A stretch of 64,000 nt of DNA from a virus (lineage: Duplodnaviria > Caudoviricetes). The position numbers and the translations under genes are program-made. Shown piece after piece: positions 28,013 to 40,000 of this stretch (its first letter is position 1; every line of letters begins with the position of its first letter). The notes under the pieces are model-generated. The model did not search any database. It was not told the DNA's origin and saw only the letters and a program-made list of their open reading frames with translations. The stretch is taken from IMG/VR virus record IMGVR_UViG_2700988868_000001, positions 8,330-72,329 of that record; one strand, given 5' to 3'.

Positions 28013-28774
28013 ATGAGTACTTTGTTCGGAAACCTGAAAGAAAAAACCCAGAACATGGAAGCGGCCCGTGACAGCGTAGGCGGTGGCGGTTTCGTCATCG
28101 ACGCGGATGCCTACGAGATGACCCTGAAGGTCGCCTACGTCGGCCAGTCCAAGGGCGGTGCCAACTTCATGTCGCTGATCTTCGACCGTGACGGCACGGA
28201 CTACCGCGAAGACGTGTACTTCACGTCGTCGAAGGAAAAGGGTCAACTGCCGTACTACGTCAAGAACGACAAGCAGTTCCCGTTGCCGGGCTACAGCATC
28301 GTCAGCGACCTGTGCCTGATCCTGGGCGGCACGTCCCTGGAAGAAACCGAGTTCGAGGAAAAGACGGTCAACGTCTACGACTTCGACGCCAAGAAGGAAC
28401 TGCCGAAGTCGGTCATGGTTCCGGTCGAACTGCTGGGCAAGAAGATCATCGTCGGCGTGCAGCGCACCACCGAAAACAAGCAGGTCAAGGACGCCAGCGG
28501 CAACTACGTCAACTCGGGCGAAACCCGTGACGTGAACAACATCGACAAGCTGTTCGATCTGGAATCCAAGATGACCGTCCTGGAAGCCCTGAACCAAGCT
28601 GAAAAGCCGGTGTTCTACGACACCTGGATCGAAGCCAACAAGGGCAAGGTCCGCGACAACACCAAGAAGGGTGACAAGGCCGCTCCGGCCCAAGGCACCG
28701 CTGGTGCACCGCCCAAGGCGGCTGCTGCCCCGGCCGCTGGTGGCGCTCGTCCGTCGCTGTTCGGCAAGAAGTAA
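28013..28774 (+). CDS. ssb: Single-stranded DNA-binding protein (N4SSB/gp45-like, late transcription activator)
   Basis: Synteny; QFPLPGY, EEKTVNVYDFDAKKELP; flexible Ala/Pro-rich tail ending RPSLFGKK. Confidence 0.85.
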   Translation: MSTLFGNLKEKTQNMEAARDSVGGGGFVIDADAYEMTLKVAYVGQSKGGANFMSLIFDRDGTDYREDVYFTSSKEKGQLPYYVKNDKQFPLPGYSIVSDLCLILGGTSLEETEFEEKTVNVYDFDAKKELPKSVMVPVELLGKKIIVGVQRTTENKQVKDASGNYVNSGETRDVNNIDKLFDLESKMTVLEALNQAEKPVFYDTWIEANKGKVRDNTKKGDKAAPAQGTAGAPPKAAAAPAAGGARPSLFGKK

Positions 28775-28777
28775 GCC

Positions 28778-29305
28778 ATGTCTGAAGTCTGGACATCTGT
28801 GGTTGGATTCACTGGCTACGAAGTATCAGACCTCGGCAACGTTCGGACGACTCGCTCAAAGAATGGAAAGGGTACGTGTGAACCACGTCCTCTTCTACCG
28901 AGAGCGATTGTCGGGAAAATCTATCATCGGGTGACACTCACCGATGCTAGTGGCAATCGAGTGGATCGAAAGGTCCACCTACTCGTGCTAGAAGCATTCC
29001 GAGGACCACGGCCAGCGCCAGAAATGGACGGTTGCCACAGAGACGGTAACGCTCACCATAACGAATTGAGCAATCTCTATTGGGGAACCAAGAGAGAAAA
29101 TGCACAGGATCGTGTGGATCACGGAACTCAAGTACGTGGTGATACCCATCCACTGTCTGTTCTAACGGAGCAGCAGGTCATGGAGATCAAACAAGCTCTG
29201 CCTACATGGAAACGAGGAATGGGTCGCACCTTTGCCAAAAGATTTGGTGTGTGCGAATCGGCCATAACGAGTGTGAAATTAGGACGAACTTGGAGTCATG
29301 TATGA
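28778..29305 (+). CDS. NUMOD4-HNH homing endonuclease
   Basis: WTSVVGFTGYEVSDLGNVR (NUMOD4); VHLLVLEAFRGPRP...CHRDGNAHHNELSNLYWGT..EN. Confidence 0.9.
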   Translation: MSEVWTSVVGFTGYEVSDLGNVRTTRSKNGKGTCEPRPLLPRAIVGKIYHRVTLTDASGNRVDRKVHLLVLEAFRGPRPAPEMDGCHRDGNAHHNELSNLYWGTKRENAQDRVDHGTQVRGDTHPLSVLTEQQVMEIKQALPTWKRGMGRTFAKRFGVCESAITSVKLGRTWSHV

Positions 29306-29862
29306 AAATTCCGGTAGTCGGATTTGATCCGAGTATGCGTAACTGGGGATGTGCCTCCGCAGAACTGGACCTGGAAACAGGACAGCTTTCCGACCCAGTA
29401 TTGGCGGTGATCAAAACTGCCGAGGAACCAAAGGGAAAACAAGTGCGGACCAACAGCTACGACATCGAAGCTGCCGACACTCTCTACAAGGAAGTGCACC
29501 CCATCGCTCAACAGGCGAAGGTGATCTTTGTAGAGGTTCCCGTTGGTTCCCAGAGCGCAGCGGCCATGAAGGGCTACGGCATGTGCATCGGAATTCTCGG
29601 TGCACTGCGAGCCATGGGGATACCGTTTATCGAAGTCTCCGAAGCGGAGGCCAAGAAGACGATGACAGGTAAGCGGACGGCTACGAAGGAAGAAATGATC
29701 GCAGCCGCCATGATCTGGTATCCCGACGCCAACTGGCCCATGCACAACGGCAAGCTCACCACTGGTAGGGCTGAACACATGGCAGATGGAATCGCTGCCA
29801 TTCACGCTGGTGTCAAAACCCAGCAATTTCAAAACCTGATGAGACTGTTTAAGGCAGTCTGA
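29302..29862 (+). CDS. RuvC-like Holliday junction resolvase (N4 gp46-like)
   Basis: VVGFDPSMRNWG, FVEVPVGSQ, ATKEEMI, EHMADGIA acidic triad. Confidence 0.85.
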   Translation: MKIPVVGFDPSMRNWGCASAELDLETGQLSDPVLAVIKTAEEPKGKQVRTNSYDIEAADTLYKEVHPIAQQAKVIFVEVPVGSQSAAAMKGYGMCIGILGALRAMGIPFIEVSEAEAKKTMTGKRTATKEEMIAAAMIWYPDANWPMHNGKLTTGRAEHMADGIAAIHAGVKTQQFQNLMRLFKAV

Positions 29863-29872
29863 AGGAACCAAG

Positions 29873-30364
29873 ATGCAAATCACAGATCAGGATGTGTTGG
29901 CGGCTCTGGATTACAACCCCATTACCGGCGTATTCACCTGGAAGGTGAAGCGGAATAACCAAACACTTCCTGGTCAACAAGCAGGCTCAGTGAACAACGA
30001 AGGATACGTAACCATCCCCGTGATGGGCGTGTACTACGCAGCACACAGACTTGCGTGGTTGGTGTCTTATGGTTGCTGGCCGGTAAACCAGATTGATCAC
30101 GTAAACAGGATTCGCACAGACAACAGGTTGTGCAATCTTCGAGATGTAACGCAGACAGTCAATACAAGAAGTCGCTCAATGAGCAAAGCAAATTCAACAG
30201 GAGTCACCGGTGTTTATAAGACACGGGCAGGCAACTGGATCGCACGAATTTGTGTTGACCGCAAGCAAATCAATCTGGGAACCTTCGCATCAATCGAAGA
30301 AGCGACAGCCGCTCGTCAACAGGCGATAGCGGCTCACGCATTCAATCCAACTCATGGCCTATAG
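29873..30364 (+). CDS. HNH-AP2 homing endonuclease
   Basis: YNPITGVFTWK, AHRLAW, IDHVNRIRTDNRLCNLRDVT, AP2 domain GVTGV...WIARI...LGTF...A..AR. Confidence 0.9.
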   Translation: MQITDQDVLAALDYNPITGVFTWKVKRNNQTLPGQQAGSVNNEGYVTIPVMGVYYAAHRLAWLVSYGCWPVNQIDHVNRIRTDNRLCNLRDVTQTVNTRSRSMSKANSTGVTGVYKTRAGNWIARICVDRKQINLGTFASIEEATAARQQAIAAHAFNPTHGL

Positions 30365-30369
30365 GGCCG

Positions 30370-30807
30370 ATGGAGAATATTTTGCAGATCACACTGGTCC
30401 AGAGCGAAATCGAACAAGCTCTGAAGAACTACATCAACGAGCAGGTGAACGTCAAAGAGGGGATGGAAATCGTCATCGTCCTCAAGGCCACCCGTGGCGA
30501 AGAAGGCACGACCGCCGTCATCGACATCACCAAACCCATCGTCGTCCAGGCTCCGGCCAAGACGGTACGTGCCGTGACCTCCAAGGTCGAAGCGGCACCG
30601 AAGGAAGAACCGAAGCCCACCGTGGAGCCGAAGGAAGACCCCCCTTTCGACCCCGACGCCCAAGCCCCGGCACAAGCTTCCGCGCCCGAATCCTCGGCAT
30701 CGACCGATGGTGCACCTGCGCAGACGTCGAATGCCGCGAATGCTTCGGCTGAAGAAGCTCCGGCCAAGCCGTCGAAGCCGTCGCTGTTCGCCAATCTGGG
30801 CAAGTAA
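30370..30807 (+). CDS. Hypothetical protein (N4 gp47-like)
   Basis: LQITLVQSEIEQALKNYI N-terminus; Pro/Ala-rich tail ending KPSLFANLGK. Confidence 0.75.
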   Translation: MENILQITLVQSEIEQALKNYINEQVNVKEGMEIVIVLKATRGEEGTTAVIDITKPIVVQAPAKTVRAVTSKVEAAPKEEPKPTVEPKEDPPFDPDAQAPAQASAPESSASTDGAPAQTSNAANASAEEAPAKPSKPSLFANLGK

Positions 30808-30823
30808 TCACCGGGTCTAAACA

Positions 30824-31006
30824 ATGACCCCGGCGAAGCTGCTCATGTATCTGGTGAGTGCACTCATAGCCTTCTTACTCCTTTCGGCTTGGGTGCACGC
30901 GTCGGCACCATATATTGCAGCATTCATCATCGTGGTCATCGTCTGGAAGTTCATCCTTCCCAAAGAGACGAACGACCCGGACGGTGATCCGCCCGGCAAG
31001 CAGTAA
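30824..31006 (+). CDS. Small membrane protein with two hydrophobic segments
   Basis: LLMYLVSALIAFLLLSAWV and YIAAFIIVVIVWKFIL; last + strand gene before the convergent terminator. Confidence 0.65.
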   Translation: MTPAKLLMYLVSALIAFLLLSAWVHASAPYIAAFIIVVIVWKFILPKETNDPDGDPPGKQ

Positions 31007-31008
31007 AA

Positions 31009-31040
31009 GAAGAAGCCCCTCGATTGAGGGGCTTCTTTTT
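31009..31040. terminator. Bidirectional terminator between middle and late regions
   Basis: AGAAGCCCCTC-GATT-GAGGGGCTTCT flanked by an A-tract and a T-tract. Confidence 0.85.
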
Positions 31041-31041
31041 A

Positions 31042-34000
31042 TCACCAGACCAGGTTGTGCCAGGGGTTGAGCGTAGGTGCTCGCATCCCCATCGCAGGAC
31101 CGATGGACATGCCCAGCTTCCCTTCAGCCAGCACAGAGAAGATATTGTCTTCAATGGGCAGGCCGACGTTGCCGAACATGGTGGGAGTCGGAGCCATGCC
31201 AGCAAGCAATGCGTGGACAGGGTTGTTCCGGATCATGCTCATGGCCACCTTCGCAGAACGAATCTTGAAGTTGTAGAACCAGAGCAGGCCCATGCTTTCC
31301 ATGTAGCCACGGAAGCGACCGGGCAGACGGTCATAGTTGATGAATTCTTCCGTGACACGGCTGTCAGCATCCTCCTTGCTGCGACCTTGACGCTTCATCA
31401 TGTCGTCATGGATCAGAGCCTTGGCGATGAAGTCGCTATACTCCACTGCCTTCTGGATACCCTGGAACAAAGCGGTGTCCTTCGTGATCAGTGCGTAGCG
31501 GCCAGCGTTCTGCACCGACTTGGGCAGCTTCTCGGCCAACCGGTCGAAGAAGTCATGAATCTTGCCGTCGGTAATCAGCAGGTCATCACGGGAGATACCG
31601 GCGTCAGCAATGCTGGAGAACTCACCACGTTCAATCAAGGGCCAGATCGACATACGCTTGTGTGCATCGGTGATCGACTGAATCTCAGCTTGCAGCTTAC
31701 GAGTCTTGGTCAGATTACCTTCAGCAGCACGAAGCTCTGCTTCTGCTTCCACTTGACGAAGGCGGCTGTTCACATAGCTGTGAATCTCAGCAGTCTTCTT
31801 CGGCAGACCAGTCATGATGGTCTTGATGGGTACACCACGACCAACCATCTGGTAGATGTTGGCGAGGAAGTTCACCACCGGGATGACAACCGACTTCACA
31901 ACAATCAAGGTCTTCGCAGTCTTCACTGCACCTTGAACAGCTTGCTCAGTGTTCATGACGTACTTGTATGCCTTGTTCCCGAAGACACCCAATGCCATCT
32001 TCTTGATAGCGTCCTGGGTTTCAGGAGTCAGGCGACTGTTGCCAGTCCAAGCGTCACCAACCGAGGCCATGCGATAACCGAAGGCGTCGTTCAGCATGTC
32101 CTTACGGACCCAGAACTCACCCTTACCGAACAGACCCTCAGCACGATCACGGGTCTCTTGGTTCATGAGAGCGATGGCATCTGCCAGCACTGCATCCTTT
32201 TTGGAACCAAGAACGTTCACATACTCAGTGCCACGACCAGCAGCCACATCCTTCTTGTACATGTCGTGGAGCTTATCCACCAATGCGTCGTTGAAGAATT
32301 GCGACTTGGCTTCTTCCATCTGGCGACCACGCCACACACCAACCATCTTGGCGAAGTGGTCCTCAGTGTTCAAACGTTGGAGTTGGTTCGGATCAACCGA
32401 GCGCTCATACGCTTGCACACTGCCGTCTTCACGGTAGACGGGCATCAGCATTTCCGTACCACGCTCACCATTCTGGAGAGCCTTGGAGATACGGGCTACC
32501 GAGGTCGGGTCAGTGATCCGGCCAGCGGTCATCTTGTTCATCGTGTACCCGGAGGTCGTGTCCACACCGCCTGCCGTAGAGCGCACGTTCTGCATGATCC
32601 CTTGCGAGAAAGCAGTACGGGCATTCACGGGCATGAAGTAGTAGCCACGCTTGCCGGTGAAACGATCAGCAGACGAGCCACGGTAGTCAGCTACACGGAC
32701 ATAGGACATAGCTTCCAATTCCGCGAATCGGGTGTCTTCCGCCACAATCATCTGCACACCCTGCTGGTTCTCAGTGGGGATGTAGCCCTTGTAGTGGTTC
32801 AGACGCGATTCCGGAGTCAGAGCGGCCTTGTTCATTTCGTCCACACGCTGACCAACCATGTAGGCCGTGCTGAAATCCATGCCTTCTGCCTCGTTCAGAG
32901 CCAGATTCGACAGGGCATCACGCTGGTCCTTGGACATGGCTTCCAGAGCGTACAGGCTGATCAACTGGTCCACCGCATTGATGGTGGATGCAGTGGGAGC
33001 AGCACGACGCTTGAAGACACCAGGAACACCCAGCAGACGGGTCACAGCTTCTGCGTTACGCAGGAGATTGGAACCAGTCTCACCAGTCACCATGTACTTG
33101 GCCAACTGCTTCGCCTTCAACTGGATGTTGTGCCAGTGAGAGGGATCGGCCTTGTCGATGGCTTGCTCCAGATCATTGATCTTGGCGTCCACAGCCTTCT
33201 GGTCCGAGAACAAGGTGAGGATTTCATCCATGCTCATGCTTTGACGCAGAGCAGCGATATCCGTCTTGCCCAGGCCAGTGTGCAGCGCAGACCACTCCTT
33301 GTCATCCAGCTTGCGGCTGAATTTCTCAGCAATGGTGGTAGGCAGATGCTCACGGAACTGCTGACGATCCTGCTGCACCTGGGAACGCACCGACTTGATC
33401 ATGTCGTACACATCGGCATTTTCCGAGGTACGGCCAACTAGATCATTGACGAAATCATAAAAGGGCTTCCACTTGTTCCCTTGGTTCATCTGACTCATCA
33501 GTCCCTTGCTGACCGCAGCACCATTCTTCTCGGTAGCGATAGCAGCCACACCCTTCAATGCCTGAGCAGCCAGCTTCATGGCCGGACCCGTCGTGGGGTT
33601 TTGCAGGATGCCATTGGCCTTGTCGATAGCAGCATCGGACAATCGGCTAACGCCATTCACAAAGATGTCATTGGTGCGATCCACAAAGTTGCCAGTAGGA
33701 GTTGCCACAGCGTCATAGAACGACTGCGATTCCTGGTTGGCTTCAGCAATGGTTTCGGCCAGAGCATCAATGGCTTCCGTGATGGTCGCAGCCTTGCTGT
33801 CACCAGCGAGACGACGGTTCAGGGATTCCATTGCCTTGGAACCAGTATTGGTCAGGATGTTGTCTAGGCTGTTGTTCAGCTTGCGATCAGCCTTGGGAAC
33901 GGGCATTTTGGCCAGCACAGCACGCAGATCGTCGTGCACCATGGCCAACCCCAGGAACGTCGGCAAAAGGCTGCTACGGCCCTGCTCGTCGGTCGTGGTG

Positions 34001-37000
34001 AGGTAGTTGCCCATGATGACGTCGAACTTCATCTGTGCGTAGTAGCGATCCGAAGGATCATTACCAGCCGGGTCAGCCATGAAGTCTTCAACCTTCACGG
34101 TCTTGGTGACGTGGGAGTACAACTCCTGTGCACGAGCCAAGGCATGAGGATCAATGGCCATTTCCGTTGCCAGAGCAGCCGTCACGTTGCGGAACACACC
34201 GTATTCCTGTGCCGTCATCGGGAAGCCATTGGCCTGCACGCTACGGCCCAGAGCCACAGCTTGAGTAATGGCCAGCTTCAGCTTGCCTTCACGCTCGAAC
34301 TTCTGCACCGGTGCCACGTTCAGGTGGTCCACGACCATCCGGTCAAAGGCTCCCTTCAGTTGGCTCAGGCGTTCGTTGTCACCGAAAGCACGGCTCATGA
34401 ACAGGGTGCTGTCCTTAGAGACCTTGGCAATGCTCGGCTGTGCACGCATGATGATGGCCGAGTTGAACAGCAGGTTGCTGAACATGTCGTCACCAACACC
34501 CGGAACAACCTTGCGGCCCCAGATCAAGGACTTGATGCCTGCGATCACTTCCTTGGCAATACGAACCAAGGGATTGGATGCAGTCTGCTTCTGGACGGAA
34601 GCGAGGTTACGGTTCGACAAGCCCCAGGCCATGAACTCGTTCAGAGCACCTGCCTTGGAGACTGCCGGGTCGATGAAGCCATCTTGTTGGAAACCTTGGA
34701 TCGCATCCATAGCTTGCTGATGGGCGTCTTGGAATTCCGGCGATTGGTTCGAGACATCCAGCTTCTGGAATTGGTCCATCAGGACTTCCAGACGTTGAAC
34801 GGCTTGAGCCACAGCGGTTCCCTTGATGCCTTGATCAACACCCAGGTAGTGATCGTAGACAGTTTCAAACGTAGCGGCGTGCACCATCTCATGAATCAGC
34901 GTCTCATTGCTGGGACGAGTCATGTACATGGTCTTGTCGTCGAACGTAGTCCAGCCATCAATGTTCCCCTTCTTGGCTTCAGCCAAGTCTTCGGAGGTCA
35001 GAGTTTGCTTGCCGGTCAGCTGGGCGTACAGATTCACCTGCTCGGGAGTACCGAGGATCATCTTGTATTCCTTCGCAGCCAGCGACTTCTGGATTTCGTT
35101 CAGGACAGCAGCCTGCTCACCAGACAGAGTGCTGATCTTGGCGAGGTTCTTGATGGCAGTCACCGACAGGACACGAGCACCCGACTTGGCGTGCACACGG
35201 CCCACGGCTTCAAATGCCGGGTTCAGCTTCTCAGTCTGTCCCTTGGGTTGTTCAGACTTCGGAGCCGGAGCTTGCAGCTTGGCCAGTTCCTCTTGGTACA
35301 TCATGTTCAGAGCCGAGACTTGTTCGTCTTGGGTCAGAGCCGACAGGTCCAGCTTGCCAGTGGTCTGGTAGGGAACACCCACAGCAGCCATTTGATCAAT
35401 GGACAGGTTGACACGATCCAGTGCACGGTGACGGGCCTCAGCTTCGAGAGCCGATTGAGCCAAGCGGGAACCAAGTGCCTCAGCAGCAGCCTTCAGAACT
35501 TCAGGCTTGACGTCATCACGCCATTGCTTCGGTTCCAAGAGGGAGCGCTTCAGGCTATTCACCAGGTCTTCCGACATGTTGGTGAAGTCAGCATTCTTCA
35601 TGAATGCTTGGTAGGAGTCCGAGACAGCTTGCAGGGGATTACCCATCCAGCTTTCGTAGACTGCCTGGTTGGCCTTCTCTGCACCATTCTCGATTTGGTT
35701 CAACGGCAGGTTCATACCGTCGAAAATCTTCAGCGTGCCGGTGGGCTTACCCTTCATCGTAGCGATGGTCTGCATCATCTGACCGTCACCCGTACCGATG
35801 GTCATGACCGGGATACCGGACACACCAGCGTCGGAGGGACCGTAGACCTGTGCAGGCACACGCATCTTGCCGTCCAAGGCACGAGCGAAGTCCATACCAG
35901 CAACTTCACTGTTCTGGGAACCAGCGATGAAGAAGTTCTGCTTCCCAGTGGTGACACGGGGCGACAGCTTCGAGAGAGACTTGGTGACGTCATCCAGTTC
36001 AGCTTGGGTCAAGAAGTCACCCTTCTTCCAGGTGGGGTCCTTGGCCTTCTCTTCCAGCTTGGCTTGTACGCCATCCTTGAAAGCTTCTTGCAGGAACAGG
36101 GACTGAACCTGGGTAGCCTTCTGGAGTTGCTTGGTGGATTCCATCAGAGAGGAACCAATGGTGGACTGGATAGCGTCACGCATCGGATTCACGAACAGAT
36201 GCAGCATGTTCTGTTGCATGGTGTTCAGTTCATCAGCAGTCAGCGTGAACGTCTTGGGGTCCAGACCTTGACGCTCTTGATAACCATCGACGCTTTCCAG
36301 AGTCATGCGTTCCTTTCGGACAACAGGAGCAGCAGAAGTCAGTGCTTCCAGAGCAGTGGACATACGCTTCATCATCTCGTTGGCGTGCTGTACTGAGTCA
36401 GCTTGCTGACCGAACAGTGCCAGGGCGGGAGTGATGGAGGGGTCTTCAGCAACGGATTGCACAGCTTGGCTCATGCGTTCGTAGATCGCGTCCACGACAG
36501 AGGAAACCATCTTGCCAGCAATACCCTTTGCACCAGAGCCGTAGATCGTGATGGTCAACGGATTCTTGGCGATACCACGCTTCAATTCCAGGTTGCCTGC
36601 CTCATCGATCGACAGATCGGGGAGGAACAGGTCCATGAGGGATTGGAGGTGGCCAAGTTGACTCGTCAGACCGGGTTCACGAGAGATGGACTGTTGCAGG
36701 GTCTTCAGGTTCTCAGCGAGAGCATCAGTCGAGGCTTGGTACAAGTCCTTGCCATCGACAGTAGAGCGGTACTCATTCATGGTCATGCCCGGTTGCAGGA
36801 ACAGGCCACCCTTGGCTGCGTTCTTCAGGAACGAAGTGTCAAAGGGACCAGCCGACATCAGCAGCATGGCATTCACGGGACCGTTGGTAACGCCGTCAGC
36901 TTCCACGTAGATGGGAGTCTCGAACTTGGCACGGGCAGCAGCATCAGCGTTCGTGTAGCGAGCGTACTCAACGAGAGCATGCAGAGCCACGAACGACAGA

Positions 37001-40000
37001 TCACCACCCAGAGCTTGCTTGAGAGTAGCCACGGCACCAGCAGGCAGATCACCGGAGTGACCCAGCCAATCCTTGAGCATATCCACAGCAGGCTTCATCG
37101 GGCCATTCAGTGCGGCCATCAGCTTGTCCGTCGCATCTTGACGGGGCATGTTGTGCACCTTGATACCCAGAGCTTGAGCCAAGCCCAATGCAAAGCGGCT
37201 GAAGTCCTGACCATTCTCGCTGGACAAGTCCAGAGTGGATTGAGTCGGCAACAGTGCTTCACGAATCAGCTTCGTGGATTGCGGGTTGTACTTACCCAGC
37301 ATCTGCATACGACCGACACGGGTCATGTTGTACCCGTAGTGGATCGGCACAGAGGTAATGTCTTCCGCTTGGTTCTGGACTTGAGCAACCAGTCCTTCCA
37401 AGTGGTTGAAGGCAGCAGCGAGCGAACGGTTCTGGCCATCCAAGGAGATGGCGTGGTTCACGTTCAGCATGTCTTCATTGATGCGACCAGCACCCATCAG
37501 TTCCAGGATTTGATCCTGACCCAGACCCATGAAGAAATCCACCATCGGCTTGTGCAGCTTGAAGGGAGTGTTGATCTCGTTCTTCAGTGCAGCACGATCT
37601 TCCGGGGTGTTCTCGGTGCCAGGGTTGCGGAGTTGGTCACGGGGAACCGACGGACGTTCGTCACCGAAGTACGTCTTTTCTTCCGGAGTGACCAGTACAG
37701 CTTCTTCGATGGCAGTCGGGAACGCACGGATGATCGAATCCTTGTCCTGTTTGAGAGGACGGTAGATGTCGATGGTCTTGGTAGCGCCCTTCTCATCTTG
37801 CAGCATCACACCGGTGTCCGACAGGTAGATGCGGTTCACTTCCACACCACCAGCAGCGACCAGTGCTTGCAGCATCTCCGAGGCCATGGCCAGGGGGATA
37901 CCTCGGGTATACCCTAACGGGGCATTCCGATTACGGTCAAAGCCCCAGTAGGCTTCGATCTTTTGAGCCAGGGAGTTGGCAGCTTCAGCCAGGGTCAGAC
38001 CCGAATTCAGGGCTTCGACCAGACCGGCAGGCTGTTCACCTTCTTCCAGGCCAGTCAGCGCTTTCGCGTCCTTGGCATCCTTCACCGAACCACGATCCAC
38101 AGCCGTCAGTTGCCATTGCAGACCAGCCAACACGGCGGATTGCAGCAGGTTCTCGTCATAGACGAACGAGCCGTCAGACGGGCGGACGATGTTCAGCAGC
38201 TTGCCTTCAGCCCAACGGTTGGCTTCGACACCCTCAGCGAAACGCTTGCCCACGTTCTTCTCACCAAGGAACTTGGAAAGGCTGGAACGCAGACGGGTGG
38301 CAATGCCTTCACCGTAGGAGAACACGTCCTTGTAGGCACGAACCAGATCGCTGTCCAGGTGCTTGCTGGAGTTGGAACCAATGAACGCATCCATGCGCTC
38401 TTGGGAACCCAGTGCTTGACGGACAGTCGTCATCGGAGATTCGTCACCAACGGTACGAGTCTTGGCTTCGGCAGGCAGGGTGAATGCCTGTTTGAAGTAG
38501 TTCTTTACACCCTCAGCTTTCGGGTCGGTGGAACCAACGAGATCAGGGAAAGCAGCGTCAATTCCTTCACGCTTGACTTCCACAGGTTCGGTCACAGGTT
38601 CTTGCACCTGTTCCACCACCGGAGCAGGTTCCGGGGTTACAGTAGGGGCGTCTTCGACCACAGGGGTCTTGGGCGCTTCTTCTTTAACCTTCGCGGGTGC
38701 AGCTCCTTCCTTCGGCGTAGCGACAGCAGAATCGGCCTGACGGAAATCCTTCACCACCTGGGCAGCAGGCTTGTCCAGACGCGAATCCAACGGAACCACA
38801 TCAACATGACTGACCTGCAACTCCGGGTAAGCCGAAGCAAGGTTATTTGCGATCTGTCCAACGGTCGCAGCTTCAAGTGCAACTTGCTGCGCAAACTGTA
38901 CCGACTTGGCATTCTGCGGATTAACTCCGAGTCCCTTCTTGCTCTGGACCCACTCACGCGAGGGGGTGAGAGCTTGGTACTTGACCGAACTATTCGGATC
39001 ACCATTCCCCGTAGCGAGGTGGGCGTTCAAAGCCCCGACCTTGTTCTGCATGTGCTGCGAGAACTTCAGAAAGTCGTCGAGGCGAGCGGCGGCGAGGTCG
39101 AGATTACCCGCGTTGTACGCCGAGCGAATCCCCTTCGCATGTTGAAGCGCCGATTGCTGGCCTTCGCCCGAACGGCTCTCGTCCGTCTTGATCTGCATCG
39201 ACACAACATCTTGCGGTCGTAGTCCCAGCTTTGCAGCCTGGGCATCCGCATCACGAGCACCCTGCAACAGAGCAGCAGCAGACTGCAAAGCAGCACGTTG
39301 CGGATTGCTCAGGCTGATATTGCCTTCATTCGCTTGCTTCAGAATCTGGCCGATCACTTCTGCATTGGCCTTCTCCGGTGCAACTTCAGCTTGTGCCACA
39401 GCGACACGAACGTTCTGTTGACCTTCCGGCGTGGCCAACGAGGCTTCATCAACCGGAGCCACTTGGGCATCGGCCAACATCTCACTGATTTGACGGTAGG
39501 CACGCACCAGCTTCGGGGTATTGGCCAGATTGCCAATCAGTCCCGAGAATTGATCCAACACAGCATTCGCTTCGTGGTCAGCAGGCAGTTGATCCAGAGC
39601 AGCAGGGCTACGCTCAATGAACTGACTGACTTGGTTCGTCATGTCATGCAAGGCCAGGGCCGCAGACATGTGATCCATGGAACCTTCTTCCGACTGGTTC
39701 ACCATATCAGCCAAACGATTGAACGCTTCCGTGCGAGTAGTGGCACCATCCAGAGCAGTACGCACTGCATCCGTGGTCATCCCTTCCGAGAGTTCGGTGG
39801 GATCAAAGCGGGTAGCAGCCATCAGGTCAGTAATGTACTGGTTCGCTTCTGCCTTGGCTTCAGGAGTGGCGTCCGTTGCTTCCACACCAGCACGCAGAGT
39901 TTCCTCAGCGACAGGAGCAGTAGCCACAGCTTCTTGGTTCGCAGCAGTCATGACCTTTTCAGAGATGGGCGAAGCCTTCTCGTTCTGGGCCATCACAGCT

